64,000 nt of DNA from Sphagnum compactum (Eukaryota): positions 9,486,001-9,550,000 of the forward strand of contig OZ234494.1 in the NCBI GenBank assembly GCA_965153455.1, written 5' to 3'. How positions within the stretch are numbered: the first letter of the stretch is position 1; each line of letters begins with the position of its first letter. The translations under genes and the position numbers were made by a program. Shown here piece by piece: positions 38,701 to 51,646 of this stretch. The notes under the pieces are model-generated. The model searched no databases and was not told the origin of the DNA. It was given only the letters and a program-made list of their open reading frames with translations.

Positions 38701-40789
38701 CAAGTGCGCCAGTGACTCTTGCACACATGAATGAATGAATTAATTAATTTCTGGCATCAAAATGGCCCCTAGTCCTGTGAAAACTTCAGTACAAATTCTA
38801 GCCCATGGACCTATTTTTGCAGGACTTTTATATGTTGGTCTTGTACTAGAGCTAAGAGAGCCCAGTGTAGATGGCAGATTCTGTCATGAAAGCATCGCCC
38901 TGGGTGAGCCTGGGGTGTGTTTATAAGGCAGAATCCGCCATCTCCAGCTCACTCTTTGACATTAAAGGTGGCGGAACACCATTGGAATGCTGCAGAATGT
39001 GCCAGTCACAAAAATCAGCAAGCAAGGCCGATTCTGCTGCAATAAAGAGTCGAACAAGGCCTGGCTGAATTGGTAAGTCCTGACTTGAACATGTCAAATA
39101 CGACAGGGTTGGAAATTTAAAATCATTTTTCGGAGACAAATTATTGCTAGTTCGTCACTGGCTTCCCCCTCTTATTGTTGGTTTCCAGACCACAATCCAA
39201 TTTTATTTTTATTTTGGGGGGAGAGGGGGTTCAACAAACTTTTTCTGACTTTTTCTGTGACCTGCAAATTTTTCTTTTGTTTTTTCTTTGGGGATGTGCA
39301 AGCAGATTTGTGTGTGCCAGATTTGTACACACAAACAAACCGTAATCTCACTTCCATATCAACTTCTTACAAAATTGTTCAAAAAGCGGAGTTGTCAGAA
39401 ACTTGAAAATCTTTTAAATTTAGGGTTTGTCCCCATGGGTAGGGTGTTCGTAGTCAGGAGGGCGAATAGTCCAGGCCAAAAATAGTGGCAGCCAATTTTA
39501 GGAATAGAATTTCCATGCAACCAATGAGAAAGTCGTATCATGGAGTGAAGGGTCCCAGTGTAGGTGCTGGTTCACCCCGGCTGTGAAGCCTGCTCAGGTT
39601 TTCCAACCCTTGAAGACAAGGTTACATGTTTAGTGTACTAATATATAGAGGCCGTTGAATATGTGCAGGTGTGAAGAAAAAATATTATGGCCAATGAAAT
39701 TGCTCAATATGGAATTTTTTAGTAATCATTTTGAGCAAACCTAACGTCAAATGGGTAATAGGTTTTGGTTGGTTTGCAAGAAGCTTTAGAGGGCCAATGG
39801 AAATGATAGAAAGGTACCAACCATTCTTTTAATGTTCAGTAGAATATGGTTGTCTATAATTCCCGAGTGGTTTGTCTCAGGCCAATGGGATTGTTGGATT
39901 TGGTGGTTGGAATTTGAATTCTTGCTTATCTCAAGTGAACTATGGTTCACTATGTAGGTACCCTAAGGTAAAATAGGCTAGTCATCAAACACTTGAGGAT
40001 TGAGGCAGGTGGGGTGCACTTATTGTCATTTTTTTGACATCGATGTCTAAAGAAAAGTTGCGGCCCATCTCTTGGCACATCCATAGCCATTCATTTTAGA
40101 TCGTGGCATTTGGATGAGAGATGAGGAAATTATGCCCCCCTGCCACCCCCCCCCAGGGAAGGGGAGCCACTTGCTGGAAAAAAATCAACATTTTGTTGTT
40201 TTATGAGCAAACACATTGCACCTTATGAATGTTCGATAAGCATTTGACAAATGTCACAAAATTTGACCTTTATTTAAACTAGATGGAAATGAAATCTGGT
40301 CATTTATGTAAAAAAGTTCATCATACACCATTGGCCTAGATCTTTGCAAAAAACAAGTGAAAAACTTATGGCTAGGGGGTAATCTATTATTCGTCTAACC
40401 TTAAAATTGTAAGCGGTGCAACCATGTTAGGGTTTTGAGTTTGGATTTCCCACTCTTGCAATGCAATGGCAATCTTTCAACTCCTTTTTCACGTGTGTTT
40501 TCCATCTTTGGTGTCCAAGTTCCAGCTTGTTGGTTGTAACTAGAGGTGGTGTTCTTCAATTGTCTATGTGTTGTTGATCAAGCGTTTCGTTAAGATTTTG
40601 TTCCCACCACTTTTCATGGTTTTTTTGGGCAACTTATTCTTCTTTTTGTATTGTTACATGAAACTCCTAGCTTTGTGGTTTGTCATGTAGGTGATGGTGT
40701 GCATAGAAGGTTGGAGCTTGATAGAGTTAGTTGCAAGGTAATGAAGCTCAAATCATTGACATTTAGTGATCTCAAACCTAGCTCCTCTT

Positions 40790-41590
40790 AGATTTTTATT
40801 GTCTTCTCTTTCTTATGTATCAATTGAACTTGTCTCTTGGATCCTTGTCATTTCCTTTTGTTCCAAAGAAACCAATTTCTCCTTGGAGTTTCATCATCTT
40901 CTTTTTCTATTGATGGTAATGGACCCTTGTTCTTAATCCTTTTCACCTTTTTCTTATCTTAATGGTACATGGCCTTTGCTCTTGGATCTTTGTCATCTTC
41001 TTCTATTGATGGTACTTGGCCTTTGTTCCCAAATTCTCATCATCTTTTTCTTGTGTTTTAGTCAAACCTTGTTCTTGGATTTTCTTATCTTGGTAGTACA
41101 CAACCCTTGTTCCTAAATCCTCATCAATTTTTTGTGTTTTAGTCCAACCTTGCTCTTAAATCCTCGTCATCTTTTCTGTGTTTTAATCAAACCTTGTTCT
41201 TAAATTTTTGTTGTCTTTTTCTTTTGTTTGTGGTACCTAACCCTTGTTCTTGGATCATCATCTTCTTCTTCTTATGTTTCAATTAAACCTTCTTCCTGGA
41301 TCTTCATCATTTTTTTATGTTAACCTAACCATTGCTACAATATTTTCATTCTTTTCTTTTGTCAATGATACCTAGTGTTTGCTCTTAGATTTTCATCATT
41401 TTTTTCTATTGATGGTATTTGGCCCTTGCTACAATATTTTCATCATTTTCTTATGTTGATGGTACCTAATCCTTATTGCAACATCCTTGTCATCTTCTTT
41501 TATTGATGCTACCTAACCCTTGCCTTTCGATCTTCATTGTTATGTTTTGTTGATGGTTCCTTCCCTCTTGGACCTTCATTGATTTCTTCT
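40790..41590. repeat. Degenerate ~45-50-bp minisatellite (roughly 15-18 copies)
   Basis: A unit resembling CCTTGTTCTTGGATCTTTGTCATCTTCTTCTATTGATGGTACTTGG recurs. The + strand is strongly pyrimidine-skewed. Confidence 0.8.
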
Positions 41591-44500
41591 GTTTCTATCC
41601 AACTTCCCTCCTAGATTCGAATAATGATTATTTTCATCTAAGATGTTTACGACTACTATTATGTGTACCTCATATGGAACTTGGCCTTACCATCCATGGC
41701 CTTGGGATTGAGAGGCCAAATTCCTATAACCCTAAATTTGTTCTTAATATTTTTCTTGGACAATAATTGGTTCAAACTTTTCTCTACCTACTTAACTGGT
41801 GTGCATTTGTTTAGTTCATAATGATTGTTTTTAACCATTGCATTATCCTCTTTTTTTTTATATAAACAATTTTGAATGGTTTGAATCAACTCACATCTAA
41901 AGGTTATGGCATGAGATATGCGATTTGGTAATGTGATCATATCCAACCCAAATTCCTATGCTTGTCATATTACATAATATGTAAACCATACTCATTTATA
42001 ACTATGAAATGTTGATTAGATTAACAAATCCCACCTAGAAATGACCTTTTGAAAAATGACAAAAATTCTTTCAATAAAGAAAATAAAATTATGCCTTGGT
42101 TTGCATTGCCATAGATGTTCTTACTTTACACTATTTGATATAATCATCTTTTATCCATTCACCTTTGAAAATGTGAAATCCTAACAAACAACCCCCTATT
42201 GTGTTTATAACACAATTTACTACCAACCATTCCTTGCATCGCAAACTTCATGGGTCACAATTTGGCAATAATAGTCGTGTGAAATTTTTTTTTCATAGGT
42301 TTGTATGGAATAGACATGGATGTCATTTATCTACTTGTACTGTTTGAACATCAATGTCATATGCATTGTTTAAACACAAATGTCATATGCTTGTTCATAT
42401 TGTTTAACACGAATGTTGTGTGTCTATTCATATTGTTTACACATGAAAGTCGTCCACATGACTTCCATGTTTAAATAATGCATAACATTTGTGTGTAAAC
42501 GATACAAACCCATGAAATAACAGACTTCGCATGGATTTGGAATGAACCCATGAAGCCTATAAATTTGTGATGTGGGTTTATAAATGGTGTCGTGAATTTG
42601 TTATGAACCTCTTTTTGCAGAAACCTTGGCCCTTCATCGGTGCCCTACTTAAATCCCTATTTCATTTGAGTTCCAACTATGATTTTGATTATATTGTGTT
42701 GAGTGTATAAGGTGTGTAGGTTTGGGTAAAATGAATTGCATGATTGAGTTGTGAAACCTTGTGCCTTGTAAACATCCAATCCTAAACTACAAAGTATTTA
42801 GCTTTGGATGTTGATGCGTGAACTAATACCACTAGGAATTCCAATTCCAGCCTTGAAGGGGGTGGGCCTAGTTTCAGTCAATTTTGCCACTTTTATTTCA
42901 TTTTGAACTATTGCAAGGTAATTGAAAATCCACATTCTTGCATACCTAAAATCCAATTCACAAATATTTTGGTCCTTTTCATTGGTTAACACACCTTATG
43001 GGCCTAGCTTCCTTGATCTTACCATGGCATTCAAGTGATTTGAAAAGAAATTAAAAGTGTGTGCCAAGACTTTTTGTTTTCTTCGATTAAAATTTTGACT
43101 TCTTTCCACTATGTCCATTGCTTTTCCCAAGGCCTTAATTGTCCATCTTCCTCACCAAGTTAAAGCAAAAATTTAGTTTGTTGTTAATAATTTGTTTGCT
43201 TGTGATGTAGTTGTGGGTGGGATTTTTTCATTATCCATTGTTGGTTATTCTTGTAATCCACTTTGTCACTTACAAGGTACAATTGACATCATTGTAGCCC
43301 TAGACTCCAACAAGTTGGGAAGATCTAATTAGGACCTACAAGGGGTATAAATTTTAGCTTCCAATATGCACCCCAAGACTTCAAAAAATGTGTTAGGTCT
43401 AGATAATGTATAAGTGCATGACTTTCCAAAGCTTGGTTTAAATAAATTACACATATAATCTTACAAAATCAACCCACTCTAAATTGACATTTACAATTGA
43501 TGAGCAAGCTATTGGTGTAAAATTAATGTTACGATGATTTGCAATCTGCTAAAATTTATTAGAACCAAAATTATTTGACCTCCTTTTCACTCTTGGGAAT
43601 TTAGATTGTTGGATCTAATGGCAATATAAATATTTGTTCAAAATTTTGTAGTACAATTTATATACATTGGAAGTTGTTATTTCTAAAGCCGATGCTTATG
43701 AAAACTAATCCTATAATCCTACTTTTACTTTGTAATCTTGTGAGCTGGCTTGTACTTTGACATGTCCTTCTCTATGTTTTGATTGTAAACTTGCTTCCCT
43801 TTCATTGCTATTTCCTTTCAACAATTTTAACTAACAAATATAAGCTTTAGAAAATCTTGAAAATCATTTTGCACAACTTTGGATAATGATGACATTCTTG
43901 AAGTGATATTAGAGGAATTGAAAAGTTTGAAAGGTTATTAAAATGAATGTTTCTATTGTTATTAACTTGTGTTTATAATTTTTAGTTTTGGTGGGAATCC
44001 AATGTGCTTAGGCAAATGTGCATGTATTTTAGCGTTATTAATTTATTTGGATGCAAATATGTTATTGTGTCAAATGTTGAGGTTTTAGTTGTGCACCCAA
44101 AAGATGGCTTATACTTTAAAATCTTAAATATTGCAATCTTGCATGAAATTGCCCCACTAACAACCATTTCTTTTGTTGTGAAGTGGTCTAAAATGACCTA
44201 TTTACTAGGTTGTTTTACATCTTAAACCAATTACTTGTGTTGTATTCATGAGGATAATTTTTGTAGAAGTGCATTCCTAAACCCCCCAATTTTACCAAAC
44301 ATTTATTTTTGTTAAGTGGTTTAGATCTTTTTTTTTATTGTGCTTATGCACATATATGAGCAAACAATTGGCTTGTAAGAAGTGCATTGAATTGCTCCCA
44401 TCACCAAACACATCTTTAATCTAAATGAGGTGCCACTAACACCCAAATGTTCTAAATTTATCGCATGACCAAACACAAATTTTGGTACATAAAAAATCCA

Positions 44501-45517
44501 AGTTATTAAAAAAAAAACTAAACATAAATTCTTACCACCACATGTTCGGTCATAGGGTTGCAAAATGCATGTTGGCCAATGCAGTCAAGGGGCATTGACC
44601 GGCTTAAGTCACAACTTTTGCCCTAATTCATCACTGGTCTTGCTCCGTGATGAACATAACTACCCTACTACAATGGCAAGGCCACAGTGTGACTGACACA
44701 CCCCTTGTTTAGTGTATTACTATACACACCTGAATTTTCTCTGTGCTTTTTGGTCAGATATGCTTTTTCAATTTAATAAAAAAATGATTTATAACAACAA
44801 AATTATTTTACCTCAATAAAGCTCATTGGGTATCAGGGGAGAATGAAAGATAAAATAAAATAAAATAAAATAAAATAAAATCTGAGATGAAGTTTTTTTT
44901 TTTAATGTAGACCGCACGCAGTCCCTTCTTCCAATAAAGCCTGCAGCCCAAGGCTTCAGGTACCACTTAAGGTGGATACTGGAAAAGCAAGGTGTCCTTT
45001 AAGTTACCCCCCCCCCCCCCCCACCCAAATTTTTTTGTAAATATTTAAAATAAAAGACTGCCAAAGAAAAATTCACAAATCTTCTCTTCCGAGTCCCAAA
45101 GAGTTTGCGTGGGAGCACTAAGTACATATATGCCATTTGTTGCAATCGCTTCGGCTCTGGTTGTAAAAAATTGTCATTTCACAATTTTCCTCGAAACTTG
45201 AACTTCTTTCCCTCCCTTACCACTTACACACACACACTCTCTCTGTCTCTCTCCGTCCTGCCCCCCCCCCCCCCCCCCCCCTTTTCCGTCCCCTCATCTG
45301 ATCTCCTGGCTCTTGAAAACTTCTCCTAATCATTTATCTGCAACTTCGGCCGAGTTCAGATCCCAGAAGCCGGATTGTGGTCGCAGGTAAGACACATTAG
45401 GTAAGGAAGGAAGTCGAATACAAATAATTAAACAGCCTCCAAAAAACCAAACACACACCCCCACACTTAAAACCACCACCCCAAAAAATAGTAATAATAA
45501 TAATAATTAAAAAAAAA

Positions 45518-46020
45518 ACCAATTGAGTTATTAGGAGTCCCTAGTGGAAGGTTCACTATTTTATTCATCCATGAACATTCATGTGTGAAGTTATTAATCT
45601 AGTTTTTTATACACCGGATCAAAACCAATTGAGTCAAATCAGTTCATCTACATCCAGTGCAGACTCTCACCATCTTATTCATCCATGAACAGTGGTGTGT
45701 GACACGTTAATAATCTGGTTTTTCAACTGCTGATCAAAAGCAATTGAATTTAATCAAATCATCAGCAACCAGTTGTGTATCCTCTCAAGATCTTATTCAT
45801 CCGTGAACACACGTGTTGGAAGTTAATAATCTGGTTTTATTATACGGGCTGATAAGAAAAAGGCAGAATTTAAAAAAATCAAAAATCAAATCATCCGTAG
45901 CAACCAGTGGAGACTCTTCAGAAACGTATTCATCCATGAACACTCGTGTGTGAAGTTAATAATCTGGTTTATGCTGCTGGTCAAAAGCAATAGAATGGAA
46001 TCAAAGTCATCCGCAACCGT
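45518..46020. repeat. Tandem array of ~4 diverged 115-135-bp units upstream of the PAT gene
   Basis: The core TATTCATCC(A/G)TGAACA...GTGTGAAGTTAATAATCTGGTTT recurs at ~45561, 45675, 45793 and 45927. Confidence 0.85.
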
Positions 46021-46025
46021 CCAGA

Positions 46026-46125
46026 GACTCCCGACACGACTTGGATGTAAAAAGTCTGACTTTCCGACAGGATATGGATGTAAAAATATGACTTCCCGAC
46101 ATGACTTGCGATGAAAATCTGACTT
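46026..46125. repeat. ~32-bp tandem repeat, 3 copies
   Basis: GACT(T)CCCGACA.GAC/TT(T)GGATGTAAAAA.T.T repeated at ~46026, 46058 and 46090. Confidence 0.75.
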
Positions 46126-47315
46126 ACCTTGCCATAAAGAAGGATACAGTGGAAGTTAAAAGTAAAAAGCCAAGCCGCCGCTGCTAACCCAGTGCGGCCT
46201 GACAGCCCTGCCTTTAAGGTGGCAGGTGGTAGGCGGCAGGTGGTAGGTAGTAGTAGCCTGGGGAAGCAGGAGCAGTCACTGGAACAGGCGGCGCAGTGTA
46301 GGTACCTACGTAGTACCTATTCGAATTCACTGGGCGGTAGTAAGTAAACGCAGGTAAGGTAATAATTAATAAGTAACGATATTACCGTTGGTAACAACAG
46401 AGATTACATAGTAATGGTTTTTGAAAAATTAGAAAAAATTGTTGTGGAATGGAATTATATGGGTTAGGACGGGAGCACGGGAGGCTGCGTAATGTGTAGG
46501 GCATTTTGCCCGTTACGCCAGCTTATTCGGTGTCTGATTCCGCACATTACGGTCTGTAATATGGCGTTCTCGTAGCCATTCCGGTACGGAAAGCGCTTGG
46601 CGCTGTCTTCTTTCTCCTTCCGGCGAGACCTTCGCAGTGAAGAGAGAGAGAGAGGGGGGAGAGAGAGTTGGTGTGAGTCTGCGAGTTTGTCGCACCTCCC
46701 CACTTGTTGTCGCGTGGCTTTCTCCGTCGATTTTTGGAGCTTTGTTGCTCGCATACCGACGTTGAGCTCCGGGGAAGTGTCGAGGTTTTTCATTTTTTTC
46801 TGTTTTTTTTTTTTTCCTGAATTTTTTTCTTCATTTGTTTCTTCTTCCTTTTTCGCTCCATGGCGTTTGTGGTCAAGATTGTCGCGACCTGAAACTACTG
46901 TTGCATCGTTTTGTTTAATCTCTTGTCGAATTGCTTCATCAAGGGACATTTCATCGCATTGGCAGAGAATATTTCTTTGCTCGGAAACTGTTGATTTGGG
47001 GGATCGTGGCGGAGGTGAAAAGAAGAAGAAGAAAAGAGATTAATGGCAGACGCGTCATGGTGGTGGAGGAGAACTACTTTTAGGGTTTGTGTGCATCTTG
47101 CCTTGTTGTTGTTTGTTGTGTGAGAAGAGGACGTAGAAGACTAGAAACTCTGTTCAGTGGTGGAGTTCTTTCCGCAGTTTAGCGTTTGTTAGGAAAGATA
47201 ATCCACCCCCCAGGGAAAAGGCCGCCGACGGACGGGCCTCATCATTTGGTGCTTGGAATGCGGGTTCTTCTGTTGCGTCGACGAGCGTGCTGCATGCTGC
47301 CTCCCTGCTGCACTC

Positions 47316-50300
47316 ATGGTGCGTCGTCATGGCTGGCAGCTTCCCGCACACATGTTCCAGGTATGTCTTCTCATCCGAACTATAGCTCTGGGAGCGAGCT
47401 CTCTCTAGACTTTGGCCCTCCATAGAAGCTTGAATGAGATCTTCCAGTGTCTTGCATCCAAAGCAGATGTCAGAGGATTGGAAGACAAAATTGGGAGTGT
47501 CTTGAGCTCCCGCTCGTAGACTTCCCAGTGAGCATTCATTGTGGCATCTGACATTCTGTGCTTGCAGGTTGTGGCAATCACAATCTTCTTCTTGCTGGTC
47601 ATCGCTTTCTACATCTTCATGGCTCCGTTCTTGTGGACCAGGGGATTGGACGCAGCCGCATATGCAATCTACACTCCCCTGGTAAGAAATCTCCCATCTT
47701 AGTCTTCTAGTCACATCCCAGCAGCTTGCTTGCTTCCTCTACATGAGCTGAAGAAACTCCTCTTGATGTCTTCCTTTCCCCCCATCATCATCATCATCAG
47801 CATCATTGCATGCTTTCACAGTTTTCTCCTTGATGTCTTTTTTCTGCCCCCATCATCATTCTTTGCATTCACAGTCTTCTTCTTCTTGTCTATCCCCCCC
47901 CCCCCCCCAAATCATCATCATTGCAGGCTTTCACAGTCTTCATTCTGTACATACGCTGCTCAGCAATTGACCCAGCAGACCCAGGAGTGTTTGGAAATCA
48001 GCCCTTATCCAAGCATGATGAGAAAAGCTCCTTCTCCCAGGCTTCGGCAGCAATGACACCTGCAGTGACGGGTGTTCCCTTGTCCCCAGCTCTTTCCAGT
48101 CCTCGTTCCGTTCTTCAATCAGAAAAGGACTATGACAGGAGAGCATCATATGCTGAACAAGGGAGGGTAGGTTGGAATGCTGCACCAAGTTTGTGCTCTT
48201 TTGCAGGGTTTTGTGGGCTCTGCTGTGGTTGGATGGTCATTGAGGACAAATGTTTTAATGAAGGCAGGCTGCAGCAACCTGTTCCAGAGGAGGATGTCCT
48301 GTTTTGCACCCTGTGTAATGCTGAGGTAAGGAGCTTGAGAGTCTGTGGTAAGTCGGTGTTTGGACATGGACTCTGTTTGTTGGGGGAGTTTGTGGAGGAA
48401 ACTAGTCTTGTTGCTTCAGACCAGCACATCAGAACAAAAGTAGAGTTCTACGTTGAAGTTGTTACCCTGCAAGATCTTATTGAAAGTAGACTTGGCAGCC
48501 TGTAAGAAGCACAATGCTGCCTTTTTGTTTCCAAAGCTCCAGGACACACCTACAAGTTGTTGTTACACTGCAAGATCTTATTATGTATTGTTAGTTTATT
48601 TGTGGAATTTAAACAGTTTTCTTGGGTCATGGGGTGGCAGGTTCGGAAATTTAGCAAGCATTGCCGGAGCTGTGACAAGTGTGTTGATGGCTTTGACCAC
48701 CATTGTCGGGTACACGTTGTGATTTACTTCTGGTGCTCTTTTGACTAGAATCGGACTTCTGATTGCCTGTATCTTGATGTTTCTCAAGAGGTGGCAGTTA
48801 CCTTGCTACAGCTGCTGGGGGTTATGCAATTTCCCAGGAGTGCCGAGATATGCATTGCAAATATTTCCTTTCTGTTTCCTCCCTACTGATACAATGTCTG
48901 GTGCTTGCAGTGGCTGAATAATTGTGTGGGAAAGAAGAACTACACTACATTTGTAGTCCTTATGGCTACAAGCCTCGCATTGGTAAGCCGCGTACCAGTT
49001 GCAGTGAGACTACTATACCTTCTGCAAGGCCTTCTGATGGTCACATTCCATTACAGAGAACTGAGGCTGCTTTTTTTTGTTCATGCATCCATGTGAACCT
49101 TTTATTCAGCTGTTTCTCTGTTTGGACGTGTTGGGCCAACATTCAGCTTGCTGTGGAGTTTCTTGTTGGAGCAGCAGTCTTTGTACGCTGTTTTGTGGAC
49201 AAGAGAGCAACTGAGGAGCAGATTATCAGCAAGCTTGGAAATGGTTTCTCAACAGCCCCATTTGCAACTGTTGTGGTAATTTTATCAGCCCTTGCAGTTT
49301 TTAATTTAGTTTCTCAACTAGATCAATGTTTACCTGTTGTAGCACACTTGGTTTGTGTTGCAGTTCATGAATCTCTCGTTAACTTGTATGTTGGAGCTTT
49401 GTACATTTTTGTGTTAACCTATTAAACTAGAGTCAGAGATGTTCAGTGCAGCAGACCTGTTCTCTTCCTGGAAGGTCATTTCACATGGGCTGTACCATGA
49501 ATGTGTGTGCTTGTGTAGGCCATCTGCACAATAGTAGCATTACTGGCTTCGGTGCCTTTAGGCGAGCTTTTCTTCTTCCATCTACTTCTCATAAAGAAGG
49601 TGCTTTTTCTGTACATTACTTTGTTGAGCTTGTTTTGAATCGAATAGTCCATAAGCTTGGAACCTCTGTCAATAAAGGCATTGGGTGGCAGTGCAGAGGA
49701 AGCTAGAGAAATTAGTGTGATAATGTCTTAACTCATTGAGCCTGGTCTGTAGTTAGATGATGTTAGATGAAGTTTCAAATGTGACCTTTGGACATGCGTG
49801 TTATGGCTTCAGGGCATTACAACATATGAGTATGTGGTAGCGATGAGGGCCCAGAATGAGTCTCCCACGTTTGGTGATGGAGAGCAGAGCATGGCTTCAT
49901 CACACTCCAGCTCTGCAGCTACAGGCATGAGTGGCTCAAGCTCTGTGGGTCTTCAATACCGGGGCGGGTGGTGTACACCACCCCGCATATTTGTTGAGCA
50001 TCAGGTTTCTCTTTAAATCCAACACCAATTTTATGCCCCAGTGATTAGGTTAGTAGTGCATACCTTAAATGGATCCAAACATCCACTACATGAGACACTA
50101 ATGCACCCATCTTAAAGGAGGAGACTGTTTGATAACCACAGTCACAGGTTACATGACTTCTAAGACCATTACTGCATGTTGAAACAGTGCCAACCTAGTT
50201 TCAGGTTATTTGTGCTTCTGAGAATTGGAAAATCATGGGATCTTGGTGATTTGACAGGATGAAATTCTTCCACATTTAGCACGTGGAAGGGTGCCTTCTA

Positions 50301-51646
50301 CCAAAGATCCAGATGCAATGGGTGCTGGGCGGCCACCAAAGCGGAGTTCTGGAACTGTGAGGATAAGTGCCTGGAGGCTTGCCAAGCTCAATGCTGATGA
50401 AGCTGCACGGGCAGCAGCCAAGGCTCGGGAGAATTCTTCTGTGTTGAAACCTCTGGGGCCACGTGATGTTGGTGGAATTCCAGAGACAGATTACAGCTCC
50501 AGCAGCAACATCAGCAGCCGAAGTAGCCTGAGTATTGACTATGGGTTGAAGACAGGATTGCGTCGAGGAAGAGAAGATGTTCCTTCTGCTTTGCCTTCAC
50601 TTCAATCAGGGCTAGCCCCTATTCGCACTGGCAGGGTATCAGCTCTGCCAACTGATTTGGCTGATGCTGGGATGGAGAATAAAAACAGTGTGAGCAGCAA
50701 TAGTGCTAGCTCTACAGTTGCTGATTCTATTGCCATGAGTCCTCATCCCACTGAGCGCAAGGATGGCCCTTCTGAGATGCCAAGCACATCAATGGCAGAT
50801 ACTAGTGCAATCCCATCAGTGGCTGAAACTAGTTTAAACCCATCAATGGCTGATACTATTGTAGCTGAGGCTTCTGGAAAACCCATTCCCTCAGCTTCCT
50901 CCTCAATCTTTACTGAATCTGGCTTGAAATCAAGTAGGCTGCCACAGCATGGCACTAGGCTATCGCACCCACCAGCTGTTGCTGCTAGCTCCAACCCTGG
51001 TTGGGCACCTGGAGCTGTAACTAGTGATGGGTATGAGCCTTCAGGTGGAGAAAGTGCAGATGAAGTAATGTGGTCAAGCAGAGGAAGGGGTCTGCATGAC
51101 ACTGGCAGAAACACATCTGCTAAAGACATAAGGAGATCCTCAGTGTTTTGGAATAGACCAGGGATGGACAGGCTTGGAGCTGATCCCAGAAGCACTGGTA
51201 GGCTGCCAACCAGGATTGAGTTTGGTGGTCGAGGAGTCAGCACTTCCATTTTCCAATCACAGCAGATTCGCCACGGGACGTGGCTTGAGACTTCAATGTC
51301 CCCATCTTCAGTGTCCAATGCAGGAGACATGGCATCTTCAGAGTTGAGTCCAGGTAAAGTGTCAGCACCACAAAGTCCAGCAATGACACGCAGTCGGTCT
51401 CCACTCTTGCCAAGCGGCAGGTCACAAACAACAAGTCATGCTGGGACATCAATATTTTATGATGGCCCTATTCTTCCAATCAGGGATACAGCCAATTCTA
51501 GAAGACACAGTTCACAGATCTTACCTCCCAAGCCTCCTCTTGACCCAAGATCATCAGGGGTGCACAAGCAGCCAGGCCCTGAGAATAGGTCTTCTTCTCG
51601 TGGATCTGCATTGCCTGTCTTTACGCCCAGTAGTATCTCACACTAG
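47316..51646 (+). CDS. DHHC protein S-acyltransferase (PAT19/20-like), 829 aa
   Basis: Exons 47316-47360, 47568-47681, 47927-48325, 48641-48709, 48911-48982, 49147-49275, 49519-49599, 49813-50004, 50258-51646, all GT-AG, 2490 nt. Motifs: [95 protein letters not shown]. Confidence 0.95.

Noticed and set aside
46120..46135. GACTTACCTTG resembling the U1 snRNA 5' end
   Set aside because: The downstream sequence does not match U1 stem-loops or an Sm site. It is the tail of the 32-bp repeat.
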